A stretch of DNA of 38,842 bases, from assembly GCF_001194135.2 (NCBI RefSeq), contig NC_068986.1:2856663-2895504 (forward strand). The letters run 5' to 3'. Both the position numbers and the translations under genes were made by a program. Source of the stretch: Octopus bimaculoides (lineage: Eukaryota). This document shows positions 1 through 9,994 of this stretch, in pieces. Position 1 is the stretch's first letter. Each line of letters opens with the position of its first letter. Under the pieces are notes generated by a model. The model worked only from the letters and a program-made list of their open reading frames with translations, did not search any database and was not told where the DNA came from.

Positions 1-50
1 TATATATATATATATATATATATATATGCGTGTGTGTGTGTGTGTGTGTA
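1..50. repeat. (TA)n(TG)n microsatellite
   Basis: Direct reading. Confidence 0.95.
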
Positions 51-471
51 AATGTATCTGTTTTGATTGGAGATCTGGGCTTGTGCAAAATATCTATCAT
101 ATCCTCTTGTATGAAAAATAGTTTTTTTTTTTAAATGACAACGTAGTAGAGAAATAAAGTACCTTTTAATATCCAAAGTAAATCTATTTCAGCATTATAT
201 TGTTGTTGTTGCTGTTTAAGCCTACCTAAACCCTGATTGAAACTGAATAGACTTGCAAATGGCATTCTTGTATATGCACCCAATATTGCTTTCTTGATTT
301 TCTTGTAGTTATCACGTGGTTATCTAATGTTGCATTATAGAATGTCTTCTTAGGGTTTCAACAATTCTTAATCGGTACTGCATAAATTTAAAAGAAATTC
401 GGCTGCTAACTCTAGCAGTAATTGCTGGATGTTCAAGCTACTTTGTAACCGTACGTGCTTCCTTTTTTTCT

Positions 472-575
472 GATGATGATGATGATGATGATGATGATGA
501 CGATAGTAGTGGTGGTGATAGTGGTGGTGGTGGTGGTGGTGGTGGTGGTGGTGGTGGTGGAAGTGCTGCTGATGA
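472..575. repeat. Compound (GAT)n/(GGT)n trinucleotide repeat
   Basis: Direct reading; source of the poly-His ORF 368-610. Confidence 0.95.
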
Positions 576-664
576 TGTAAGGAAAAAAAACTAAAAATAA
601 CAATTAACAATTAATTTTGAAATTTCGGTAAAAGGAAGGATTCCATATTTACTCCTTTTTACGT

Positions 665-670
665 TTTATT
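665..670 (-). promoter_or_regulatory. Candidate polyadenylation signal of the uncharacterised gene
   Basis: AATAAA on the minus strand about 85 nt after the stop codon; the motif is common in AT-rich DNA. Confidence 0.35.
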
Positions 671-755
671 TTGTATATACATTCATATATCCTTAATCCT
701 CGCCACAATACAAAATCACACAATGAAAAAAAATAAACAATGAAGCTTTTAGGGC

Positions 756-944
756 TTAAGACTGAAACGCTTCTTGGGCCTCTTTCATAGCCTTTTGTCT
801 CACTGAGTCTTGCATTCTATTCAAAACGGTCTTATTGGGTCTGAAAATCTTTGATTCAAATTGTCCTTTAATTCCGCTCTCGTCTCTTTGCACGACTAAT
901 ATTCTCGCGTTCTTCCTGTACGCGAACAACTGGATACGGAACAG
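756..944 (-). CDS. Uncharacterised gene, terminal coding exon (LFRIQLFAYRKNARILVVQRDESGIKGQFESKIFRPNKTVLNRMQDSVRQKAMKEAQEAFQS*)
   Basis: Manual translation: acceptor ttacattttag|CTG at 945-946; 189 nt open in phase 0 to TAA at 758-756; phase matches the upstream donor at 1618. Absent from the ORF track (no ATG start). Confidence 0.85.
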   Translation of the reverse strand: MFRIQLFAYRKNARILVVQRDESGIKGQFESKIFRPNKTVLNRMQDSVRQKAMKEAQEAFQS

Positions 945-999
945 CTAAAATGTAACAAAACGGAAAGTTGAGATCTCAATTAAAAAATTATTTTGTCGA

Positions 1000-1345
1000 G
1001 TTAAAATGTTTATTGGGCATCAAACATAGCAAAGTATCTCAAAACAACAAAACTTATAAATTTTATGAACCACACTGTCACTCTCTCTCTCACCATGAAC
1101 AACACCTCTCACTGATACTCACCCAGGCAACTTTAGAATCAAAGAGGCTATCCTAATTAATAAGCTGAAATCAGCATTAACAACAGAAAAGCGCTACACG
1201 ATGCAGAATGGCTATTATAACATCAATCTGCACATGTTACTACCATCTCCAACATATCTGAGCAATGATAATAGCTTTATCCCATATTCCATTTCTCCAC
1301 TTGTCTTGATGAAGGGTTTCTAACCCCCAAAATATCGGAGAAATA
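1000..1345 (+). mobile_element. Degenerate Penelope-like 3' end (GIY-YIG C-terminus + decayed hammerhead)
   Basis: One frame reads NFRIKEAILINKLKSAL, like the PLE RxKEAxxIxxxxPxLN terminus; it is followed by TTGATGA-A-GGGTT-TCT-AACCC at about 1307-1327. It lies antisense in the last intron of the unknown gene. Confidence 0.55.
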
Positions 1346-1618
1346 CAAAGCTAAAGCTTCAGCTGTTGCTGTCTTCCCTTTTGTAGTTTACTTTTGTACT
1401 TCATTTCGCATTCTTTCGGCCTTGACAAGTTTTTGTGTAATTCAATATTACACAATACTTCACTTAAACTTCTCCATGAATATTAATATTGGGATTAATG
1501 TAGCCTAAGGTATATGTCTAGTTAATCAAGATGTTTTAGTCGGAAATAAAGCAGCTGATTTTCAATTCAAAACAGGTTCGATATCTATTTATAGAAACAA
1601 GATGTTGAGTGTCTTTAC

Positions 1619-1840
1619 CTTGAAGTAAGGATGATCAAGATCGGGATAACGAATAATTCCCAGATCAACGACACTACGTTCTGCGTAATCTCGTTTCACG
1701 AAGAGTGCTGCCAAACTATCGAGAGCTGCACCAGTTGCAGCAACGAAATTTCCAAAGTCAACGATATCAATTTTAGTGGCTGCCAGAACGTCTGGATCAA
1801 CAACAACTTCATTTTTAAACCATTCAATAATTTCATTCAC
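1619..1840 (-). CDS. Uncharacterised gene, internal exon (VNEIIEWFKNEVVVDPDVLAATKIDI...GIIRYPDLDHPYFK)
   Basis: Within ORF 1589-1903. Strong acceptor (ttttgttttgtttttttcag|GTG) and donor AAG|GTAAAG; 222 nt, phase 0/0. Confidence 0.9.
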
Positions 1841-3002
1841 CTGAAAAAAACAAAACAAAACAAAAGTATGAAAATGATAAAAAAGAAGAAAAATAATTGC
1901 CATTATGATTTTTGTTAAATTACGGAAGCAATGGTAAAATTATATAAAATAAGAATAAAAAATAGTTGTGCAGATCAATGGGTTTCACATGCAGCACTTC
2001 AGTGTACACCAATTTGACACTGGACCGGTTTGATCCAAGACTTTTAAGAGATTAGTAACTTGGGAGAAGATCTGACAACGGAAGTGATTCTCACTTATTA
2101 ATTGGCTGAAATGTATGGAAGAGGCGTCGAGCATCTACATAATTTTGATAGTACTTAGCTACTCGGGAGAAATCAGACCAAATTTGAACACCGTTACCTA
2201 AATGGACAAATAGGTTCTGTTATTTGAAGTATTTTCTTTTGTTTGCTTAATAACGTTTATGGTTGCCAAGCTACGGGCGTTAGCAGTAATATACTTCAAG
2301 TACTGGCCGTTGACCTCTGCATCGTGAAAGTGTCGATACTTGTCTGTGGGTGACTCTTTCGCCGAGACTGTACCTCCTCCGTTCTGCTTCTCGTGGCTTC
2401 ACCTGTAACCCTAAGTTGGGTGATTGACGTGTGTTATGCCTTGAAAAGATCGACGTGTGTTTCGTCCAGAACGATACATTTTCATAATTGCCATCAATAC
2501 CTATGTCTTGTCTGCTACCCGGAAACCTGTAGGTAGGAGTCTTGACCAGATGTTAAGTTATTTAAGCAACTGTCCTTTAGGAATCTCTAGTCGACCTAAT
2601 TTACTGATGTTCTGAAATATACCGAAGAACTAAGACGGTAAGTTCAATTGTTTTTAGAAATACGTTTTCCCCAAAATCGCAGTAACACTAGAAACAGAAA
2701 TTTTATGCTGTCCCAAACGTACTTTGATGTAAGAACGTTGCTGAAGACTTTACCTTCTAAAAATATATCTAGTCTATCAGCTTTGTTGAAGCTAATCTCA
2801 CAAGAGATGTTGAACTAATCACAATAATCTCACAACTTCACAGTGCTGCAACAGCTTACAGTGTTTAGTTATTGCTACTCCGTGGTATTTGGAGACGTTC
2901 AACAGATGAATAGAAACCTAAGAAATCGGCCATTATTGGTTTGGGTATTATGATACATTTGTTATGTAATTTATAAAACCGGAAAAAATTTCAGTTACGT
3001 AC

Positions 3003-3203
3003 AATTTCTTCATCAACAGAATTTTGAGCGAAACGAATCTGGTTGTAACCTTTATATCTACTTCTGATAACATCTTCACCATTATCTGATCTCAAGGCTA
3101 CATTTTGCTTCATAAGGTAAACATAATCATCGAATGTCATATTTCTGCCTCTGTTGTCCTTTCTCGCTTTCGCTAGGACTCTATTCGTTGCAGCAATAAT
3201 GAT
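3003..3203 (-). CDS. Uncharacterised gene, internal exon (IIIAATNRVLAKARKDNRGRNMTFDDYVYLMKQN...AQNSVDEEI)
   Basis: Acceptor tttttctattccag|ATC, donor ATT|GTACGT; 201 nt, stop-free, phase 0/0; fits between the 4774 and 1840 exons. Confidence 0.85.
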
Positions 3204-3514
3204 CTGGAATAGAAAAATCCAAATGGAATGTCAACAATGGAATATTAAATAATCTCGTATGAAATTACCTCCAATATTATTAACTCGTTATTTATCTAAT
3301 CACAACAAACGGTTCCTTTCTGTTATCGTAAAGTGATCGAGAAATAAGAGAGCAGATTCAAGTACAAAGGTTGCAATTTGTCAACAAAATGTGCACCATT
3401 CGCATCAGTCTCGCTGGAGTGGAAGGGGGCCTGTAAAAGTTATAATGCATTCCTTTAATCCAATCAGACCAAACCATTAAACATATTTTAAATACATGTC
3501 ATAGATAACCTAAG

Positions 3515-3670
3515 AATAAAATTAACTCGCAAGTGGCTGAGTACTCCACAGACATGAATACCATTAACGTAGTCCTCAGGGAGAGTCAGCCTCACACAGA
3601 ATACGACAAGGCTGGCCCCTATCAATTACAGCTACAACTCATTTTGGCCAGCTGAGTGGACTGGGGTAAG
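3515..3670 (-). mobile_element. SINE family E internal fragment
   Basis: aaattaactcgcaagtggctgagtactccacagac...gacaaggctggcccc is shared with 7650-7770 and 34398-34520. Confidence 0.75.
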
Positions 3671-4299
3671 ACAAACCTTCAAGTGGTTGGAAGAAAACGA
3701 AAAATGATCCTATGCAGGGGGCAGGGAAATCTTTTTAGTCAAGGTCACTGTGGGTGTTAATCCGGTCCTAACAGTGACATTTGTGGGTCTCACATATCTG
3801 GAAGCCAAGCCTTCAGATAAACACCGATGCGTAGGTTGTTATCAAACTGAAGTCACTACACGAGGGAATAGCAATTATTTCGTCTTAACTTTCACTGCTT
3901 ATACTAAACACGACATTTTTGCCTTACGATATAGAACATTTTCTTTTATTTCACTCTTTTTTAAAAATGGCACTCCATCACTTACAACGACGAGGAGCGT
4001 CCGAGCGAAGTAGTTAAGGGATTTGGGCATGTAATTATTAACAATAAACCAATAAAATACTAATTAATTATGAATAGATCTGAGAATAGTTCTTGTTTAT
4101 GAAATGAACGTTCTTAACCATACGAACGTCGCACTTTAAATTTAGAAACAAAAGTTCCTGTTTCGAACCCAATCTAGGAATGTATATAAAATCAGTATTA
4201 AAACATGGTGACACAAAACGTGATTAGCAAGCAAAATTGTTTCGACACACCCACGCTTGTGTCTATTTATTTATTTATTTGCTATGAGTTGGGTGAACA

Positions 4300-4373
4300 T
4301 TTTCCTACTGTAACCCCAGGCCCACCAAAGCCTTATGAGTGTATTTGATAGACGGAAATTGAATAAAGCCCGT

Positions 4374-4447
<74 letters not shown>

Positions 4448-4453
4448 TGTATG

Positions 4454-4506
<53 letters not shown>

Positions 4507-4748
4507 TTGTGTGTGTATGCATGTATGTAATCATGTATGTGTGTGTGCCTGCGTACGTGCGTGTGTGTGTGCGTTCTTGTCCTCAGTCACCACTTGACAG
4601 CCGGTGTTCATTTGTTTGCGACACCGTAACTTAGCGGTTCGGCAAGTACCAGACTTTAAAATAAGTATCATGGTCTATTTGGTCCACTAAAGTTCTTCAA
4701 GAAGGTGCCCCAGCATGGCCGAAGTCCAATGACTGAAATAAGTAAATA
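4300..4748 (+). mobile_element. SINE family B, head-truncated, with expanded (TA)/(TATG)/(TG) microsatellite
   Basis: accaaagccttatgagtg...gacggaaattga, microsatellite, then the gtaacttagcggttcggca...ggtgccccagcatggcc 3' half. Confidence 0.85.
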
Positions 4749-4773
4749 AATAAGTAAATGAATGTGTTCTTAC

Positions 4774-4978
4774 CTGCAATTCTTCGTCCATAGCCTTGAC
4801 CGTCTCTGAGGTAAGATTGCTGAAGCTGGCAGCCAAGCTACAGTGGTAAGGAATATGATCGGTCTTCATAATCTCGCTGGTTCTTGAGTGCACCCACATT
4901 TCTCGTGCTTGTTTTACCACCATATCAGCTGTTTCAATTCCAGCCTCAACTGCTGCCGCACCTTTAGATATTCGAAAA
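4774..4978 (-). CDS. Uncharacterised gene, internal exon (FRISKGAAAVEAGIETADMVVKQAREMW...TVKAMDEELQ)
   Basis: Acceptor tttattttatag|T, donor CAG|GTAAGA; 205 nt, phase 2/0; overlaps ORF 4687-4923. Confidence 0.85.
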
Positions 4979-5166
4979 CTATAAAATAAATGATGCTCAC
5001 GTAATCCCTCACTACCTCACACAAACTTCCCTTTCCCACAGTTCCTCTACTCGCTACCGTCACCGCTGCAAGACAATCCCAAAATTCTTCATTCCTATTC
5101 TAACCTTTTGATTGAAAATTTCGTTGAAATCAGATACTCTTTAATTCTTGTCCTTTTCTCACTTAC

Positions 5167-5215
5167 CATTTAATATCTTCTACACAACAGCGACCGGCAT
5201 ATAATCCGTTCGAAT
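5167..5215 (-). CDS. Uncharacterised gene, short exon B (xSNGLYAGRCCVEDIKC)
   Basis: Acceptor ttttttcttaatccgttcgagcag|AT, consensus donor TG|GTAAGT; 49 nt, phase 1/2, joins exon 4978 in frame (TG+T = Cys). A 13-nt in-frame variant using the AG at 5180-5181 cannot be excluded. Confidence 0.65.
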
Positions 5216-5301
5216 CTGCTCGAACGGATTAAGAAAAAATATATAAATCATCGTTTCAGATCTCACTGTACATAGTACAAATAACGATTTTTATTTATCG
5301 A

Positions 5302-5540
5302 TTAGCATACACTGATCAGCAAGCAATTTTGTTCGCTGAAATTATAAACGAAGCCAGTAGCTTGTTTAAGCTGAAAAGATTCGGATAGTTCTGAGTGATA
5401 AGACATAACATGTCGAAACACTGGTTTCCCAGAATCCCTTTGCGCTAGTGAACCAAGTGTTATGAACTCACAGTCGTTGTAAAAGAGAGTTGTTCTCCTG
5501 TGATGTACACAACAGCGACCAGCATACATTGCGTTCGAAG
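5302..5540 (-). CDS. Uncharacterised gene, exon A (xSNAMYAGRCCVHHRRTTLFYNDCEF...QNCLLISVC*), cassette or alternative last exon
   Basis: Acceptor tttaataaattctggcag|CT, phase 1; open through ORF 5302-5529. It either splices out at A|GTGTAT (5313; 228 nt, symmetric) or reads to TAA 5304-5302 with AATAAA at 5295-5290. Its start is homologous to exon B. Confidence 0.5.
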
Positions 5541-6191
5541 CTGCCAGAATTTATTAAAACTAAATATGCAACGTAATTGCCATCATGTTCTCCCTGTTAT
5601 TTTTCTCTTTCTCCCGATGTTCTTTCTGTCTCTCTCTTGGTTCTTTACTTCTTATTTCATACTTTTCTCTTTTTTTCCCTCTCACACAATTTCTTTTCAT
5701 ACTACTGCCACTATTGCAAACCAATCCCCAAATTCTTCACTCCACGTCTGAGTTTAATCAAGCGCTCTCAAATTCTGGTCTTTGTCTCCTACTATATCCA
5801 ATGTCTTTCTTTCTTTTGCTCTACTAGTCGGTGATTGTCAATTTTTGCGTACCTGGTAGAAAGACTACCATTTGTATGCGTATGAGTGTGTGAATGCGTG
5901 TGTGCTTGCGCGTGTGTGTATGTGTTTGTGTTCTGTTACTGTATTGTTTCTACTCGTAATTTTCCGTCCTCACTCGTATGTTGTCGCCCTTCACTTTTAG
6001 TCTTTGCTTGTTCATTATCTCAGTAATGACCCCTATATCACCGCGCAACAAGAGGACTAGTACTAGTGAATTTTAAGACTTTGGATATTAAACGCACCGA
6101 AACTATGCAAAGTTTGGTCTCCGCGGCTGATGAGAGGATTTCCATGTTTATTAGTCTTTTGTCCTTCTCCCTAAATAGTTTCCATGGCGCA

Positions 6192-6215
6192 CGCACGCAC
6201 ACACACACACACACA

Positions 6216-6247
<32 letters not shown>

Positions 6248-6248
6248 T
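6192..6248. repeat. (CA)n microsatellite
   Basis: Direct reading. Confidence 0.95.
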
Positions 6249-6373
6249 GTAACAAAATAGAATGTAATGCAATTGGTCTGACTAAATTTTGTAAAAAACT
6301 TTTCATGTCTGCGTAGTTAAGAAAGCTAGCTTCGCATTCACATATTTCCAAATTCGATAATATTTTTGCGGTT

Positions 6374-6595
6374 GAAGGCGCTGAGCAGGCAGATTCGTTA
6401 GCGCGTCGGGCAAAAAACATAGCAGCATTTCGTCTGTCTGTACGTTCTGAGTTCAAATGTCACCGAGATCGATCTTGCCTTTCAACCTTTCGGGTTCTAT
6501 AAAAAAAAAGTACCATTTGAGCGGTGAGGTTGATATAATCGACTTTCCTCCTACCCCGATTTTGCTGGCCTTGTGCCAAAATTTGAAACCAATAT
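6374..6595 (+). mobile_element. SINE family A copy (diverged)
   Basis: Colinear with 8754-8966 in reverse complement. Confidence 0.8.
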
Positions 6596-6763
6596 TTTTG
6601 AGGTGGAGTGTATGGCTGGTATTTGTTATTAATTAAGAATCATTCAGCCAATCAACAAAATTGGTTTAATTTCGATTTTAGTTCATGACTTTACCGATGT
6701 CTTTAGTTAGGCATGGCACAATTTTAGAAGCTTTTGGAAACAAAATATGTGGACAATATTGGG

Positions 6764-6942
6764 CGTAAGCGTGGTTGTGTGGTAAGAAACTTGCTTCCGA
6801 ACCATATGGTTTCGGGTTCTGTCCCACAATGTGGCGCACTGGGCAGTTGTCTTTTACTATAGCCTTGGCCTGACCAAAGCCTTGTAGACGGAAACTGAAA
6901 GAAGCTCATTGTGTATATATATATATACATACACACACACAC
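6764..6942 (+). mobile_element. SINE family B 5' half
   Basis: gcgtggttgtgtggtaagaaacttgcttcc...gacggaaactgaaagaagc followed by TA/CA repeats. Confidence 0.8.
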
Positions 6943-7034
6943 AGTTGACAGAAGTAAACAGACACCACATAAAACATCGTTTTATGTTTATTCTAACTTG
7001 TAAAAGTTTATATTTTTTATTAATTGACATTTTT

Positions 7035-7472
7035 ATGTTTCAGGTTCTATATGTGACTGTTTAATCATTCCATGTACAAAAGAAGCCTTGGATTTCCCCG
7101 AATTAGACTGAAGTCTCATCATCCGATGGTTATCGTCATCTGCCAACCTCACGGCAGAAGTGGATGCAGCGTTGTATGTCCGACGGATACCACTCTCTTC
7201 TGGGGCTGTTTCGGCCCTCGTGGCAGAAGTGGATGCAGTGTTGCGTAACCCGACGTATAGCACACTTTTGTGGGGTTTTTGCGGCCTTTGCGTCAGTAGC
7301 ACGCACTCAATAGGTTTCACGCTGCTCTGGAGTAGTTCCAGCTCTTGCAGCGGCAGTTCTTTTCAACAGTCTATAGGACCTCCGGTCCTCAGTTTCCGTA
7401 GCCTGTCACCGCTCCTGCCTTGCCACTGCAGAAGACTTTCTACGAATGATTGCTCTCTTTTTAAGTGGCATG
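7035..7472 (-). pseudogene. Decayed Helitron Rep N-terminal repeat region
   Basis: MPLKKRAIIRRKSSAVARQER*QATETEDRRSYRLLKRTAAARAGTTPEQRETY* resembles Helitron N-termini (MPxKKR...ETPEQRETRL repeats). A ~69-bp tandem unit at about 7149-7290 encodes the repeated ASTSA motif; in-frame stops. Confidence 0.6.
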
Positions 7473-7574
7473 CTTGTATTTTCTGGAAAAGGAAAATTGG
7501 TTTTAGTGTACCACGTGATTTTCGGTTCTATTATAAGTTAACAAAAGCCCCTTTATTTTGTCTTCCCACATGTT

Positions 7575-7972
7575 CCATTATCTTGGCACTCCGTCGCTTA
7601 CGACGTCGAGGGTTCCAGTTGATCCGATCAACGGAACAGCCTGCTCGTGAAATTAACGTGCAAGTGGCTGAGCACTCCACAGACACGTGTACCCTTAACG
7701 TAGTTCTCGGGGATATTCAGCGTGACACAGTGTGACACAGTGTGACAAGGCTGGCCCTTTGAATTACAGGTACAACAGAAACAGGAAGTAAGAGAGAGAA
7801 AAAGTCGTGGTGAAAGAGTACAGCAGGGTTCGCCACCATCCCCTGCCGAAGCCTCGTGGAGCTTTAGGTGTTTTCGCTCAATAAAGACTCACAACGCCCG
7901 GTCTGGGAATCGAAACCGCGATCCTATGATCACGAATCCGCTGCCCTAATCACTGGGCCATTGCGCCTCCAC
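7575..7972 (-). mobile_element. SINE family E (tRNA head gtggaggcgcaatggcccagtgattagggc...ggtttcgattcc)
   Basis: A/B-box head at the right end; internal segments recur at 3515-3670, 34398-34520 and 29573-29648. Confidence 0.8.
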
Positions 7973-8022
7973 TCGTCTTCCCACATAGTCTGTGCATAAA
8001 GTAACAGCTTTCTGAAAGATAC

Positions 8023-8062
8023 GTATAGCTTTCGCTAGTAGCAGCAAGACTAGAATCCACAT
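8023..8062 (-). CDS. Candidate first coding exon, signal-peptide-like (MWILVLLLLAKAI)
   Basis: ATG at 8062, hydrophobic core, phase-1 donor AC|GTATCT (weak) compatible with exons A and B. Confidence 0.4.
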
Positions 8063-8259
8063 TTCTGCTATGTTCCTGCACAAGCTTTCCCATATGTTTT
8101 AAATTCCATTAATTTTTAATTTTTTATTTTTTAATATATTTTTTCAATAGAAAAATAAGAATAGAGCAAATTTTCGGTAACTTGTGGATTAAAAGAAACA
8201 ATCTCATAAGAAAAGACAAACGAGCCATTAACAACCAATAAGAATTAGTTCGATGGCTA

Positions 8260-8330
8260 TTACGAGGTTCATTCCAAAAGTTTTGAGACTTTTTCAAGAG
8301 AGACATTTAATAATTTCAAGCAAGTACAAA
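8260..8330 (+). mobile_element. Tc1/mariner-like terminal repeat remnant
   Basis: TACGAGGTTCATTCCAAAAGTTTTGAGACT resembles mariner TA-CGAGGG...AAAAGT termini; no partner end found. Confidence 0.35.
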
Positions 8331-8753
8331 AATCTAATCTTCTACAAAGTGGGATCCTCTGACGTCCAGCCATGATCGTTGTTCCATTTTGTATGTCAAG
8401 GTGTATTTTTCGTTTTTGAAGGCAATAGAATGTCGTGTAATGGAAATTTGACTTCTGTTTCTCGGTAACGATTGCTACTAGATTTTTGCGTGCAGAATTA
8501 ATTGCTAGTTTGGTTTTATTGTCAGCACGTATCATTTTGCAATCCCTAGTTGCATACTTTTGATAAGAAACTGCTCCGACCTCTCTCTCTTGCATAATTT
8601 ATGCAATGCATAATTCATAAGTACTTCGTAGTGAATATATGTGAGAATAAAATGCTGTTTTGGTCATTTAACTATAAAAAAAACAAAAAAACTATCAGTC
8701 ATTTGCTCTTATTGTAATAGATATCATTTTATAACAGTAGATAAGTCAAATAA

Positions 8754-8966
8754 TCTTTTCTATTCTAGGCACAAGGCTCGAAATTTTGTGGTGGGGGAGT
8801 CGATTACAACGATACCAGTACGCAACAAGTACTTAATTTATCGACCCCGAAAGAATGAAAGGCAAGGTTGACCTCGGCGGGATTTGAACTCAGAACGTAA
8901 AGGCAGACGAAATACCGCGAAGCATTTCGCCCGGTGTGCTAACGTTTCTGCCAGCTCGCCACCTTA
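8754..8966 (-). mobile_element. SINE family A (ggcgagctggcagaaacgttagc...gtgcctagaatagaaaaga)
   Basis: tRNA-like head with B-box-like GTTCAAAT; recurs at least 8 times in the window. Confidence 0.85.
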
Positions 8967-9931
8967 AGTCAAATAAATAATGAAGACGGAAAGCTTCTTA
9001 CAGTGCGAAAGGGAAACATTAAGTAACCTTTCAGGCACAAAAACTCATCATCAGATGTGGACGACTAAAAGAAATGTAAGTTTACAGTTGACCCTGCCAT
9101 GTTGGTTGCTGTACTGGCAGTTGAAAGTTGAAGTTGAAAGAAAATTATTCGAAAATAGGATAAAGTATTTTGAAAGAAATAACTTCAGGTAATTCCCTGA
9201 TGTCCTTGACTTGACAATGTTCACATCAGTTGGTTGGGTTATATATGCAACCACTGGCTCGTATTCTGCACAATAGCCTATCCCAAAGTTGGCGCACCAC
9301 GTTGTGCTACACTAGATACATTTTAAATTTTCTAATTGTTTAATAATATAATAATACACACACACGCGCTCGTGCATACACACATATATACACGTATGCA
9401 TATGTGTATGGATACACATGTATACGTGTATGTGTGAGTATGCGGTCCTATACAATAGTGCATATACACATTTATATGTATATGTGTGCACATGCGCGTA
9501 TATCTATATATAAATTCAAATATTTGTATTTATGAAATCCTTTTTATAAAGGTTTTTACTAGGTAAAACAATACTCACTGATACCACCGGCAACTGAAAA
9601 ATAAAACAATAATATTAGTATGGATTAATATTTTCAATCCAGTGTTATGCGTATTTTTATTAACATGAAGCGAATAATGTTTCTGACAAGAAGTAAGGAA
9701 ATCTTGATTTGATAATTTTCAACGGAGAAAAGTTGCGAAGATAAAATATCGTGACGAGGAAGTTTGTGTATTCACTGATTAATGTAGAATCTCGGAATAG
9801 TGTGATGGGAAACTAATTTACCATAGCAAGAGAAGATATGTGAAGCTGTAATAGACATAGACATCCCAAAACAAAATGGCTGTTGTGGCATTTTTGAAAA
9901 ACGGATTTAAAAACATTTCAGTAATGATGAT

Positions 9932-9932
9932 A

Positions 9933-9970
<38 letters not shown>

Positions 9971-9992
9971 AATAATAATAATAATAATAATA
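9932..9992. repeat. (GAT)n(AAT)n repeat
   Basis: Direct reading; gives the poly-Met/poly-Ile run in ORF 9876-10181. Confidence 0.95.
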
Positions 9993-9994
9993 AT

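Noticed and set aside
368-610. Poly-His ORF
   Set aside because: Translation of a (GAT)/(GGT) microsatellite; no splice or homology support.
741-775. TGAAG...GAAACGCTTC as a hammerhead
   Set aside because: No CUGANGA box and no stable helix II; it overlaps the coding end of the unknown gene on the other strand.
1631-1918. Plus-strand 95-aa ORF
   Set aside because: Antisense shadow of the real exon 1619-1840.
2198-2402. Segment flanked by AG and GT sites inside the unknown gene's intron
   Set aside because: 205 nt with a stop in the phase-0 frame needed between exons 3003 and 1840. One frame has LKYITANARSL, weakly like a CR1 endonuclease start, so a decayed TE is more likely.
4335-4634. 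ORFs rich in YI/VC/HT runs (also 6038, 11675, 12018, 30138, 37742)
   Set aside because: Translations of TA/TG/CA microsatellites.
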